From contig NC_081396.1 in NCBI RefSeq assembly GCF_030684315.1, forward strand, positions 5,394,001-5,458,000: 64,000 bases of DNA, read 5' to 3'. A model generated the notes under the pieces. The model had not been told where the DNA came from and ran no database searches. It was given only the letters and a program-made list of their open reading frames with translations. This DNA comes from Stegostoma tigrinum (lineage: Eukaryota). How positions within the stretch are numbered: the first letter of the stretch is position 1; each line of letters starts with the position of its first letter. A program made the translations under genes and the position numbers. This document shows, in pieces, positions 52,870 through 64,000 of this stretch.

Positions 52870-53351
52870 ATGGGAATAAAACTCTGCCTGGCTCTGGTTG
52901 TTCTCTTGGTTACAGGTCAGTTCTGCTGAATCTCCAGACTAAATACACAAATCATCATTTTATTTTCCAGTTCAATCTCCAGGAGATTACTTCTTTCCCA
53001 ATCCTTCTCTAACCCATTTTTGGTTCGCTGTTTCATTTCAGACATGAGTAATGGAGACTCGGTTTCCCAGTCAGAACAAGACGTTGAAGCAGTAAAGGGT
53101 GAAGATTCAACAATACCTTGCACTTACACAGTATCTGATGCAGCAACAAGTTATAACCTGTTCTGGTATCGCCAGTATCCGCAGCAAGCTCCTCAATACT
53201 TGCTCAGAGCCGATAGTTATGGATATAATGATACAGCTCCTGGCTTTGGGCACTTAAGTGGGAATCTCAACAAGGAAAAAGGCACTTTCCACTTGAGCAT
53301 GAAGGATTTGAAGCTGGCAGACAGCGCAGTGTATTTTTGTGCACTGAGGCC
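52870..53351 (+). CDS. TCR alpha/delta V segment, canonical and probably functional (leader 52870-52915, V exon 53042-53351)
   Basis: Leader MGIKLCLALVVLLVT G|GTCAGT; acceptor TTTCAG; DMSNGDSVSQSEQDVEAVKGEDSTIPCTYTVSDAATSYNLFWYRQYPQQAPQYLL...LKLADSAVYFCALR with C23, W41 and C104 intact. Confidence 0.95.
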
Positions 53352-53390
53352 CACAGTGAATGATGGTGCCAAGCACCCTATACAAAAACT
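53352..53390 (+). promoter_or_regulatory. 23-RSS
   Basis: CACAGTG, 23 nt, ACAAAAACT. Confidence 0.95.
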
Positions 53391-53974
53391 GCCTCAGATT
53401 GACAATTGGGGCACCAGGGAATAATAAAACAAAAACGTTTTCAAAACAGTGAGAAGAGTAGGTGGCGTTTTCTTTTTCATAGAACATGAAACATCTTAAG
53501 CTGCCATGAACATCTGGATTCTGAGGTAATTATATTTTTTCTTTGCGAACTTGGAACCAGAGGGAATAATTTAAAATTATCGCCCTCCCATCAAAGGAAG
53601 TGAGGACGCTTTTCTATCTCTCCTGGACGGTCCTTTGCTTTTGGAATTTGTATCTCTCAGAGCAGTGGAGGTTGGGCCATTGAGTATATTCAGGGTGGAG
53701 TTATACAGAGCTTTGATAAATGAGAGACAAAAGTATTCTGGAGCCTGAAAGAGAAAAAGAGCTGAGGCTACAAGCAGAGCAGCCATGATATTCTGAATAG
53801 GAAGGAGCATGTTCAAGGGATCAATTATGTGCTGCTGTTCCTATTCAGAGCGTAATACAGCATGGAAACAGGCCCTTTGGCCCAAACCAGTCCATGAAGA
53901 CCATGGTGCCACTCAACTATTTCCACTTGCTCACATTTGTTTCATATCTTTCTTAACCTTTCCCATTCATTGAA

Positions 53975-54355
53975 TCAAATCCCTACAGTGTGAAAACAGC
54001 TCTGCAGCCCAACAATTCCACATCAACCCTCAGAACATCCCATCCAGATCCATTCCCATAAAATCGACCTAATCTACACCTCCTTGAATACCGTGTTTAT
54101 TGTCTCAGTTTCTGGAGATCAGTTGGGAAACATGGGAATAAAACTCTGCCTGGCTCTGGTTGTTTAGCATGGTCAAACCACCTAGCCTGCACATCTTTGG
54201 ACTGTGGAAGGAATCCGGAGCACCCAGAGGGAACCCACGAAGAAACAGGGAGAATGTGCAAGCTCCACACAGACAGTCACCCGAGTATGGAATCAAATCT
54301 GGGTTCCTGCTGCTGTGGGGCAGCAATGTTAACCACTGAGCCACACTGCTGCCCC
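53975..54355 (-). mobile_element. HE1-type SINE carrying a 73-nt insert copied from the neighbouring V leader
   Basis: TCCCTACAGTGTGAAAACAG...TTTAGCATGG...CACCTAGCCTGCACATCTTTGGACTGTGG...ACCACTGAGCCAC. Confidence 0.85.
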
Positions 54356-54392
54356 AAGAAACACAATCAGTGCTTCACGGCAGAACTCAACA

Positions 54393-54465
54393 CACCTGAG
54401 ATGGGACTTGAACCCGCAATCCCTGATTTAGCAGGGCAGTGCCTTATCCATTAGGCAACGAGTAC
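54393..54465 (-). pseudogene. tRNA-Arg(CCT)-derived pseudogene
   Basis: Reverse complement GTACTCGTTGCCTAATGGATAAGGCACTGCCCTGCTAAATCAGGGATTGCGGGTTCAAGTCCCATCTCAGGTG (73 nt) matches the tRNA-Arg-CCT layout; acceptor and anticodon stems are mispaired and the anticodon now reads GCT. Confidence 0.75.
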
Positions 54466-54487
54466 AATTAAGCCATGAGTACCTATG

Positions 54488-55008
54488 AGCGAGTTTTGAG
54501 AAGATTTGTAGCTCAGGTTGAGGTTCTGGATGTGAGTTTGCTCGCTGAGCTGGAAGGTTAGTTTTCAGACGTTTCGACACCATTCTAGGTAACATGATCA
54601 GTGAGCCTCCGACGAAGCGCTGGTGTTATGTCCCGCTTTCTATGTATCTGGTTAGGTTTCCTTGGGTTGGTGATGTCATTTCCTGTTCTTTTTCTCAGGG
54701 GATGGTAGATTGGCTCCAAATCAATGTGTTTGTTGTTGGAGTACCGGTTGGAATGCCATGCTTCTAGGAATTCTCGTGCATGTCTCTGTTTGGCTTGTCC
54801 TAGGATGGATGTGTTGTCCCAAATAAAACGAACGTCATCTACAAAATACCTTGCAAGAACTGTTACAAACACTACATTGGACAAACTGGCAGGAAGCTAG
54901 CCACCAGGATACATGAACATCAACTAGCCACAAAACGACATGACCCACTGTCACTCGTATCCTTACATACAAATAAGGAAGGACACCACTTTGATTGGGA
55001 CAACAGGG
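54488..55008. mobile_element. Penelope-like element, two GIY-YIG pieces in inverted orientation
   Basis: Minus strand WDNTSILGQAKQRHAREFLEAWHSNRYSNNKHIDLEPIY; plus strand NVIYKIPCKNCYKHYIGQTGRKLATRIHEHQLATKRHDPLS...EGHHFDWDN. Confidence 0.85.
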
Positions 55009-55552
55009 TAAGATTGATTTGATTAAAGTAGCTAGGTAAAAAGAGAAAAAATGTTTATCATGGAGATATGTCAGTAGCGAAAGGCAGAACTGATGCAGTT
55101 GACCAATGACCCATGCAACTACAACTGAAGATCTATACTTCACCTGGCACTCCAATTGTTGCAATGACTGTATAGCAAATAGCAAACATCAGACCTTTCG
55201 GTATTCGGTGCATTTCTGACACAAACTTCGATGTATTCTGCATTTCACAGAAAAAAAAGGCATCATGTTTATAGCTGGTGGCAGGTCTGCAAGGAGGTAA
55301 TTACATGTTTGATCTTTTACATTAATTAAATTTAATGAAACAAAAGAGGTCAGTGCAACTGCTGTTCACCTGACGTTTCTGATGAGATTCGACTGATTGT
55401 TTGTCACAACAAACACTGCTACAATAGAGAATGGCCAGAGACAGCAGGAATGTCTCAGTCACATTTCTTCATATGTAAGTAAGCTAATCAACTGGATTTG
55501 GGGCCAAATATTCCATACCTGACCAGTCTTGGAAGGATGAGTTGCCTTGGAT

Positions 55553-56247
55553 TGAAATGTTAATGGGATACCATCCCATTGATTTTTATACTTGTATACA
55601 TTAATGTCCTTTACCTGCCTACACATAGGTATGCAGGCACTGACCTAAAGCTTCCTGCCCAGCGAGGAATTCAGTGTAAGACTTTGTAACTCCTTATCTT
55701 CCTACACATCGGTATGCGGACACTGCCTTGAGCTTCCTGACTGAATAAACTTAGAGTTAAACTGTCTCAAATAAGGGTAAGTGAGGAACATTTGTAAAGG
55801 TGTGAGACTTCTGAAGTATGAAATTTCGGTCGCTGACAAAGGGGCCAGGGCATTGACTTTGTTCCAGCCAGACACATTGGCAACTTGAAATTACAATCTG
55901 TCTCGTCAACAACTTGAAATCACTTCCTGCCATTAACAGCTACTTCACAAACGATCAATACTATATCCTGGTCTTTTATGTGCTTGATGTAATAATTGCT
56001 TTGTATCCTGTCTTTGTGAGATGTGAAATTGTTTTATGTATTATGTACTTTGTAAAGTATTAAAAGCAGGGACTGTCTGCTGCTCGGGGAGAATTACTTA
56101 TGAGATTCTGCACTCTGTGCCGGGTTAAGTACAGTGATTCTCCATAGCTTGTCGTTGCTTTGTAATAAAGGATTTGTGTTTTTCGAAACAGGTCAGTGTC
56201 TTGTTATTGCGTCAAGTCCGTGAGGATCTCAGAAAACAAACCTGACA
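55553..56247 (+). mobile_element. Solo LTR (ERV-like)
   Basis: TG...CA ends (TGAAATG...CCTGACA) flanked by a GGAT 4-bp direct repeat (55549-55552 and 56248-56251); internal duplicated block of about 50 bp, TATA-like TATTAAAA at about 56058, AATAAA at 56164. Confidence 0.6.
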
Positions 56248-59200
56248 GGATTACATAAACGTCTTCTCACTCCTGTCAAATAGTGCATCTGCTTGATCAC
56301 TCGTCTCGTGAAAAGTGATTTTGGCATGCTGTAACGCAATTGATAGCGCCAAAAGTGTCGACAGATCGATCAAAGTAGTTATATTATAGGTGCACAAACC
56401 CAGACTTCACCGAGACCTAACCATACATGGCCAGGTTTGTGCTGATAAATATAAAGTGACAGGTCCAGAGTGTTACATTCAGTATAAACAAGTCTAATTA
56501 AGACTGGTGACACATCCCAAGATATCGTTTTCGTCTCATGCTGATGTTCAATAAAAACTAGGGCAATAGGTACATACAATTTCTCATCAGCGTGGCTTTG
56601 TCTACCAAAAAACAGTTCAAGGCCCCATGCAGACTGAAAGAAAGTTGGCTTAAGCTTGGCTCGAATTCAATGTAGTCACATCCAATAGTGCATTAAAAAA
56701 AAACAACAATCCCCTACTTGGACAAAAACTCTACCCCGCAAGAGAACTGCAGCATTCTAATCCTTTACACGAATTGATATAAAACTACTAAGTTAACAAG
56801 GAGTTAGCAATTTGGTGAAATTTATTGTGACGTGCTTTGAGGTTGGGGGGGGGGGTAAATAATTAGCATGTTTTTGTCACTTTAGTTTGAAGCATTCAGA
56901 CGGAAAAGAAGAGAGTTATCATGAGTAACTATTTGGATGAGAAGACTGGTCTCCAATGCCATATCCCCACCTTTGAAGACCCTGGGCAGGATGCTAAATA
57001 AAGAACTTCACAACGTTGTGTGTCGTATTCCTACGGGTGGTGTTCCATACAGGGCACCTCTGAACTCACGACAGTGGTATATCTACACCATTTATCAAAG
57101 ATAAACGTATGAAAACTGGGAGTGATTCGATACAGTAGCTTGTGTTTCCTGGAATATCTGAAGAAAATATCACTTAAAAGTCAAAGCCAGGAAATATCTG
57201 ATAATCAATCTTCCTGGATCAAAGTTGTGTACAGCCACTTGAAAACTCTTTTGAACTCAGAACAGAGGCTTTCATACTCAGCAGCAGAATATAGAGCACT
57301 TTCCTATCACAAATCAAGACACGGATATCTTGTTGACATGCAAGTGACTGCAGAATAATTTGGGAAAATATAGCAGGAGAATAATGCAGACAAGAAGATG
57401 CTGAAGAAAAGCGATAGAAATCCAACTGTGGCAGCGCTGCTCTAAGCTACGATTGAACCTGGGTACCTGACATTGGAGATGGCGACGTTCTGCCTGAGCA
57501 ATGTATTGTGCCATTCAAAGACTCTATTCACCTGAGAATTGCAGCCTTAGGGGTAAACTTTGTAGTTTTGTTATTTTTCTGACTCTGACATCTAATAGCA
57601 GAGTTGGGGGACTGAACTGAATGTTTCCTTTTCTTTGGCTGTTTATTTTATTTCCGCTTCTGCTTTTATTCTTTTCTTTTGAATTTGGGTGGTGCTAGAG
57701 AATGGCAACTTTGAACGTTTTTAACTATATTGCTCTATTGCTGTATTCAAATATTGTTGGCTATCATATCCAAATCTAAAAATTTATATCTAAATCATAA
57801 CGTTAGCTTTCTGTTTGAGATACTTCCTCTGGTTTCCTGCCATTGCAAAGGAAATTCTACACTCAAAGATGAAAACGCAAAAAATCGTTGAAACTATCCA
57901 TGTTCCCCGCATCGTAATAACATTCTCAATCTGCCTACTGCCCACCACTCTTCTTGGTACCCCATATGGAACAAGCTTCCTGAGCAAGCTGTACGAACAG
58001 TATCATGGGGATCAAAGTTTGAAGAAAAATACCAGACTTTCAATAATATGTCCCTTGTAAAAACTTCCATCTGGAAAACACAGGCTTTGGTCTATCATGA
58101 CGAGCGTTGTCCGTGCTGAACGGGTTTAGAAAATGCCAAGACCCCTGTATCCACACCTACACCAGTGACATCCAAACACAAATCCTTGTTACACTTATGG
58201 AGAGACACCTACAATACTGTTCATAAATTGGGAGAGTATTGTCTAAACATTAAGTGGTAGGATATACACCTTACACTCATAAAATAGTTTATCGCTTGTC
58301 TCCAGGAATTTAATTAAAAATTGAACAAGCATGCATCATTTTCTATTGTTATAAATCTTCATTCTCGAACATTTCGTAATAACATCTGCAAATGTGATTT
58401 GGCAGGATGTACGAAGTGGTTGTGTATCCGACTTGATGCAGATTTGATATACAATCTAATCATCCATGATTTATTGAATGACAGAACAGACCTACTAGCG
58501 ACCCTCACAACCATACACCGATACAGATGATAATATCAACTGATACTGGCCTCTTGTAACAATGCGGCGTTACTCTCACAAATATGGTTACAAGCACATG
58601 GATGATTGGAAATGTCGGGAATGCGGTGTAGTTTGAACTTAGACTAGGATAATAGATCGACACAACATCGTGTGCCGAAGGGCCCGTACTGTGCTGTACT
58701 GTTATATGGTCTACGTTTGATATTTTACGTACAAATCAAGTGACGAGTGCTCTTTATGTGATCTGTGCTGATCATCATAAATACTGGATCTCAGCCAATT
58801 CGATTTCCTCTACATCATCTCAAGTAACAGATTAAGTCTCTGGGCTTCGCAAGAGCTTTGAACCTTAACAGCAATCCAGTAATAGTGTTAAATAATTGTG
58901 CTCCAGAATTTGTTGGCCCATCTCAGGTTATCAGTTCATTTAAACCATATATGTCTGCCTGTCCACTCTCATGGGATAAATAAACAACCGTTCACTATAA
59001 TTGATTTTTGAAATAAAAATGAGCACATAAGCATACCACTTAGGGCAGTATAATGCTCTCAAGACCTGTATCACATATGCAGATGTTATTCCAAAATGCT
59101 TCAGAATGAACTTGAGGTTTATAGAAAAGGGTCAAATGACACAAGGCCACGTGTGCAAAAGGCATAGCTAAATCTTGGATTAGAAATTATTCCACCAGCT

Positions 59201-60064
59201 GCAGAGAGATGCTATCTATGAAATGTAAAGTAGGACATGCTGTAATGTGGTAATAACTTACGTAGAGCTCATCATAGCTGCCACCGCGGTGGAATAATAT
59301 GAGAAGTGACACAGTTTTGTGCTGCGGTCACAATAATAGCTCAACCTAGCATAATGTTAGCACAGACATAGTCGAGTGCAAATGTTGGTATCTGGTTAAA
59401 TGGAAACAAAGACATAGCATACTGCCATGTCCTGATGGCAGGGCAATCATGGCATACAAACAGAGGTACGGTCATGTAAAATAATTATGTGTATTATTGT
59501 GCCAAGTCAACGTTAATGCAGTGATATCAATGTATTTTTTGAGTTCCAGTCCCGCAAGAGCTGAGGCAAAGTTTCATCTAACACAAAGAATAATCTGTCT
59601 TTTTTTTGAGAAGTTACCCGAATATCTATTGTCTTTCTGGGTCCAATGTCGTCCTGTCTGTGCAGTTGTGAACATCAGATAAGTTATACGGAATAAAAGA
59701 ATAAGAATCGGTCCCCCGCCTCATTCCGATGGTAGAAATTAATGCAGCACAATTGACTGACTGAAAAAGACCATCCCCATTCATTGACTTCGGACAAACC
59801 CGTGAGTCATATTTATATGGGGACCATGTGTTTGGATGCAAAGCTAAGTTATCTCTCTTTGAGCCTGTCAGTATTCACATAATATACAGTCCATGATTGG
59901 GAACCATAACATCCATGAATGAGCTCGCAGAATTTGCTGGTGGAGATCAGCTCGATCATTTCAAGTACTTCAGCCCAGCGCCAAAGTCCAGTCTCCCAGA
60001 ACAGATCAGGCCTGCAGTCCCCAGCTGCCCGCCATATAAGCCATCAGCTGCAAGCTATGGAAAC

Positions 60065-60447
60065 ATGGGAATCTTTGTTCTTTTCGCTCTGTGTATCTGA
60101 TTAACCCGTGAGTACCTATGAAGATTGCTCTTTTGATTCAATGTAACTTTGCCCACGACCATGCCATTGGAATGTCGCCACTGGGTTTGTGTACTTTGTT
60201 GTTTTGAATTGATCTAATTGCCCACTAAAATTCCTTCTGTTTAATTCCCAGGCTCTATCAGTCAGTCAGTCAGAGCCAAACAATGGTCATCAGGAAGGAG
60301 TGCCAATCTCTCGCCATCACTAGTATGTACAATAGGCACATGTGGGGTTTTCAATGAATGGAGAAGAAACGACATTTTCACTGGATATGTGAGAATTGAA
60401 GACACCGCCACCGATGACTTGTAAAGCTCATTTTGATTGCTATGAAA
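60065..60447 (+). pseudogene. NAR-TCR (IgNAR-like) V pseudogene (leader 60065-60107, V remnant 60252-60447)
   Basis: TATAA at 60035; leader MGIFVLFALCI*LT |GTGAGT resembles the IgNAR leader (MNIFLLSVLLAWLP) with W>stop. V remnants VSQSQTMVIRKECQSLAITS (FR1 with non-canonical Cys, C23>S) and TFSL / VRIEDTAT / CKA; central part deleted; heptamer-like CACAATT at 60448. Confidence 0.75.
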
Positions 60448-60756
60448 CACAATTTAGAACACCTCAGTATATGAAACCTGAACAACTGCAATAAAGGTAC
60501 AATTAAAATATGGTGCTTGTGGTTCCAGATTGTGAATTACATTCTTTCATATCTGTATATGTGACACAATTTCCTTTCATCTTCCTTTTTGGTGCCGTAA
60601 TTCTGTGATACTCTTTTCCATTTTCATGATGCACAAAACTATGGTCAATGTTCCTCGGCAATCTCGCTAGTATCTCAGAGTCTCAGAAATGAACGTTTGA
60701 GCTAATAGAGTCTGAGAAATATGAAATATTGTTAATTGGTCACAATCTTAGGAATA

Positions 60757-61420
60757 TTAGGCAGAGCCTAATGGCGTGTTGGCCTTCATAACAAGAGGAA
60801 TTGAGTATATGACCAAAGAGGTCCTTCTGCAGTCATGCGGGGCCCTGGTGAGACCGCACCTGGAGTATTGTGTGCAGTTTTGTCCTCCAAATTTGAGGAA
60901 GGGCATTCTTGCTATTGAGGGAGTGCAGCGTAGGTTCACGACGTTAATTACCGGAATGGCGGGTCTATCATATGTTGAAAGATTGGAGCGACTGGGCTTG
61001 TATATGCTTGAGTTTAGAAGAATGAGAGGGGATCTGATTGAGACGTATAAGATTATTAAGGGATTGGACACGCTGGAGGCAGAAAGCATGTTTCCGCTGA
61101 TGGGTGAGTCCAGAACCAGAGGACACAGTTTAACAATAAGCGATAGACCATTTAGAACAGCGTTGAGGAAAGACAACTTCACCCAGAGAGTGATGGATAT
61201 CTGGAATGTTCTGCCCCAGAAGGCAGTGGAGGCCAAGTCTCTGGATACTTATAAGAAAGAGATAGCTACAGCTCTTAAAGGTAGTGGAATCAAGCCTTAT
61301 GGGGATAAGGCAGGAACAGGATACTGATTGTGGATGATTAGCCATTATCATAATGAATGTTGGTGCTGGCTCGAAGGCCCGAATGGCCAATTCCTGCACC
61401 TGTTGTCTGTTGTCTATTTC
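60757..61420 (+). mobile_element. 5'-truncated CR1-type LINE (relatively young), inserted between NAR-TCR V and J
   Basis: 183-aa ORF LAFITRGIEY..KEVLLQ..ALVRPHLEYCVQF...GVQRRFT..GLSYVERLERLGLYMLEFRRMRGDLIETYKII...RTRGHSL, plus 3' UTR GCTGGCTCGAAGGCCCGAATGGCC. Confidence 0.92.
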
Positions 61421-61487
61421 CTGTTGTCTTTGTCTATTGTTTAACCAATTGTCTTCTCACATCGAATCGTCAGACTAACCTACGAGG

Positions 61488-61525
61488 GATTCTTGTACTG
61501 GGTGAGTGAGAGCAGTGTGACTGTG
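61488..61525 (+). promoter_or_regulatory. RSS (22-nt spacer) of second NAR-TCR J
   Basis: GATTCTTGT (61488-61496), 22 nt, GACTGTG (61519-61525). Confidence 0.75.
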
Positions 61526-61577
61526 AAGGAAAATTATACTCTGAATTGATCTGCTGCTATTGTGACTGTCACAGCAA
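61526..61577 (+). pseudogene. NAR-TCR J pseudogene, KENYTLN*SAAIVTVTA
   Basis: Shares GTGACTGTCACAGC and about 50 nt of downstream intron with the J at 69-118; first Gly of the GxG motif is TGA; donor A|GTAAAT. Confidence 0.85.
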
Positions 61578-61639
61578 GTAAATAACTCTTAATGCCGCCT
61601 GTTACAGCCTGTCTCAATTAATATTCCTTGTCAGCTCAT

Positions 61640-62760
61640 TTTTGAGCATTTTGTTCCTTCAATCTTCCTGTGGGAGCCCAGAGAGAGAATTCCCATATCT
61701 GGGTGAGTTGTATCAAAAGCGGTTGTGGGAAAAGAGAGCAATTCAAGGAGGCCATGACCCAAACCTTTAATTTCATTCTGGCCACATAGGAGTTCCAAGA
61801 GAACTGGAGGCTGCCAATGCAGCTCCAATTTTTATGAAGAATGGTAAAAATAAACCAGGGAATTGTAGACCATTGAATATCATATCAGTGACAGGGAAAC
61901 GACTACAGAATATTTTGAAGGACAAACTCGATTCCACTTAGAGACACAAGGCTTGATCAGACACAATCAGCATTTTTTTTTTTGTTTGTAAGAGGCCATG
62001 TTTGCCAATTGATTGAACTTTTCAAGGTGGTGATCATGTGTGTAGATAGTTAATGCTGTCGATGCATTTTATATGAATTTTAGCAAAGCCTTTGACAAAC
62101 CAGGTGACTGATAAGTAACGTAAAATTTCTTGGCAAATTGGATCCAGTTTGGCTCAGTGGTAGAAGGCAGAGGTAACTGATAGAAGGTTGTTTTTGTGAC
62201 CGGAGGCCAATGCACAATCGTGTAACCAGAGATTTTTGTTGATCTCCGAACGGTAAGGCAGAAATTCTTGTGTTAAAGGAATGTATAGGCAGGTTGCTCA
62301 GCTGGGCAGATCAATGACAGATGGAATCTAACTCCGAAAATGCCCTTAAGGGATAGAATCGGCCATATTTACCTGTTCTGTCCTACTCGTGAGTCCAGCC
62401 TCACAGGAATGTGTTTGACTGTTACTTACCCCACAGACCGTGAGAGATGGAAGTGAGAGATGGACAAAACTTGTTAATATAAATAACATGCCCACACCCC
62501 GTGAAGATTGTTATGAAGGTGATGCATTTTGGAAGAAGTACCAAGACAAGGGAGCCCCAATGAATGACAGGAAGCTTAGGAGTTAAGAGAAACAGAAGGT
62601 TTTTTGGATGCTTGTCTACAGATACCTGAAGCAAGAAAGGTTGCTTAATACAGCAGTGAAGAAAACATACAAGACGCTATTTATTAACCATCATAGAAAG
62701 ACTGAAGAGCACGGAGGTTATATACGAGCTGTACAATACTTTGTTTAGTCCACGCCTGTG
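61640..62760 (+). mobile_element. Decayed CR1-type LINE ORF2
   Basis: PGNCRPLNIISVTGK, YMNFSKAFDK, QLGRSM.MES / VMHFGRS remnants with many indels. Confidence 0.7.
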
Positions 62761-64000
62761 AATTTATGCTTCAGAGATTCAATACATACAGTAATGGCCT
62801 AATGGCCTTCTTTTGCTCTCGGGTCATCCTGTAGCTCTATTTTATGATTATTTGACGGCTCTCGGGTTGGATCAAGTTGCATACAGTCGAATCTTGCTTT
62901 GGGCTGAGATGTAATATAGGAAAAGCCAGCAACTGCAACTTCCTCTCCAAGCAACTTGGCATCCTGATGTGGAACTATGTTGCCATTCTTTCATTGTCTC
63001 CGGTTCAAATCTGGAAAATCCCTCCCTAATGACGTTGTGTGTGTAGTTGCAGTTTCTTGTTTTTAAAAAAGCACAACATCTCCACGCTCTGTGACTTTTT
63101 TTATTGCTTTACGAACCTGCTTCACACCTCTAAAACACTGCTGCCCATGACTTCGTGTTCATGTTTTATGAATAGCTACTGTTAAACAAACTTCTTACAT
63201 ATACTACAACTTCTAGCTCCGTGTTGTCGCAGCGTCTACCTGTACAAACCTCTGCTGCATTTAAAATTAATTTAATCTGTCAGTATTCACGATGCAATCA
63301 GTATACAGTTTAATTGTACCATCAGTCCTTAGGACAAACTCTGAAGCACCTGCTTCAGAGGCGCAGTTAACAACTCGGTAGCAGAATAAAGAAAATACTG
63401 CCAGAGGAATAATTCCTGCTTCCACTGATCCTGCGGCAAAAATCAGCCAGTTAATGGCCACGAAAATACAACTAAGCGACTTCACTGTCTATTCCAGTGC
63501 TTGAATTGATGCTCAGCACACACATCGATACACAGCACAGAGGCATTTAGAAAAAAAAAACTTACAATGAAGCTTCGTAACTATGAGGCTGGAATATTAG
63601 AAAATTGAAGATGCAGTCTATTTCTTTCTAATATTTGGTAATTGATTTGTTATAAAGGAAGCCTTACAATTTAAAGTATTAATCTGCATGTCACGAAGAT
63701 TGCCTAAACTTCAAGCTTACTAGATCATTGTTGTAGCAGGACGTGATGAAAAAGATAGGCCGTCAAAACTTAAACAGGTATGCATAGATTTAGCAATGAA
63801 TTACACGTTTGGTTGGACAAATATTGGAACAAATCAAATATGTAAATTCTGGGGAAGATGCAACGATACAAGAACTAATTGGGCTATACCTTTCGGGGGT
63901 GGGAAGATATACAAATAAGATCATCCATATTGTATGATTCTATATTTCGAAATTTCTATTTATATTTTACTTCTGGAAATCTAACCAAAAGCAGCATTCT

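Noticed and set aside
59919-60060. SQNRSGLQ resembling a retroviral env immunosuppressive motif
   Set aside because: No CX6CC or transmembrane segment follows; the region is better explained as the promoter of the NAR-type V relic.
60585-60641. Possible D segment relic (CTTTTTGGT..TTCTGTG ATACTC..ACAAAACT) at the expected position
   Set aside because: The 5' spacer is 7 rather than 12 and there is no 3' heptamer; it cannot be supported without alignment to an intact cassette.

Overview
Eukaryotic DNA from a cartilaginous fish (shark; the HE1-type SINEs and Penelope termini fit an orectolobiform, which is inference). It is part of the T-cell receptor alpha/delta V array and contains NAR-TCR cassettes. 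In order: (1) the 3' half of an intact-looking NAR-TCR cassette, a 23-RSS NAR-type J (69-118) that splices in frame to a leaderless supporting V-delta with an extra CDR1 Cys (2892-3201); (2) directly behind that V, a tandem array of about six 23-spacer RSS units (61/62 bp, 123 bp higher-order period) that continues the V reading frame as Cys-rich 41-aa repeats broken by a single TGA; (3) three decayed two-exon shark GPR139/142-like GPCR genes interleaved with the V genes; (4) five conventional leader-bearing V segments: one canonical (52870-53351), one open but atypical (26627-27148), and three pseudogenes, one of them inverted; (5) a second, fully pseudogenised NAR-TCR cassette (leader, V and J at 60065-61577) split by a CR1 LINE. 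The remainder is transposon debris (Penelope-like with minimal hammerhead motifs, CR1, Gypsy, HE1 SINEs, a solo LTR), two tRNA pseudogenes and a 174-nt N gap. Most ORFs in the supplied track are spurious. All calls come from manual reading and recalled family motifs; no searches were run, and transposon boundaries are approximate.
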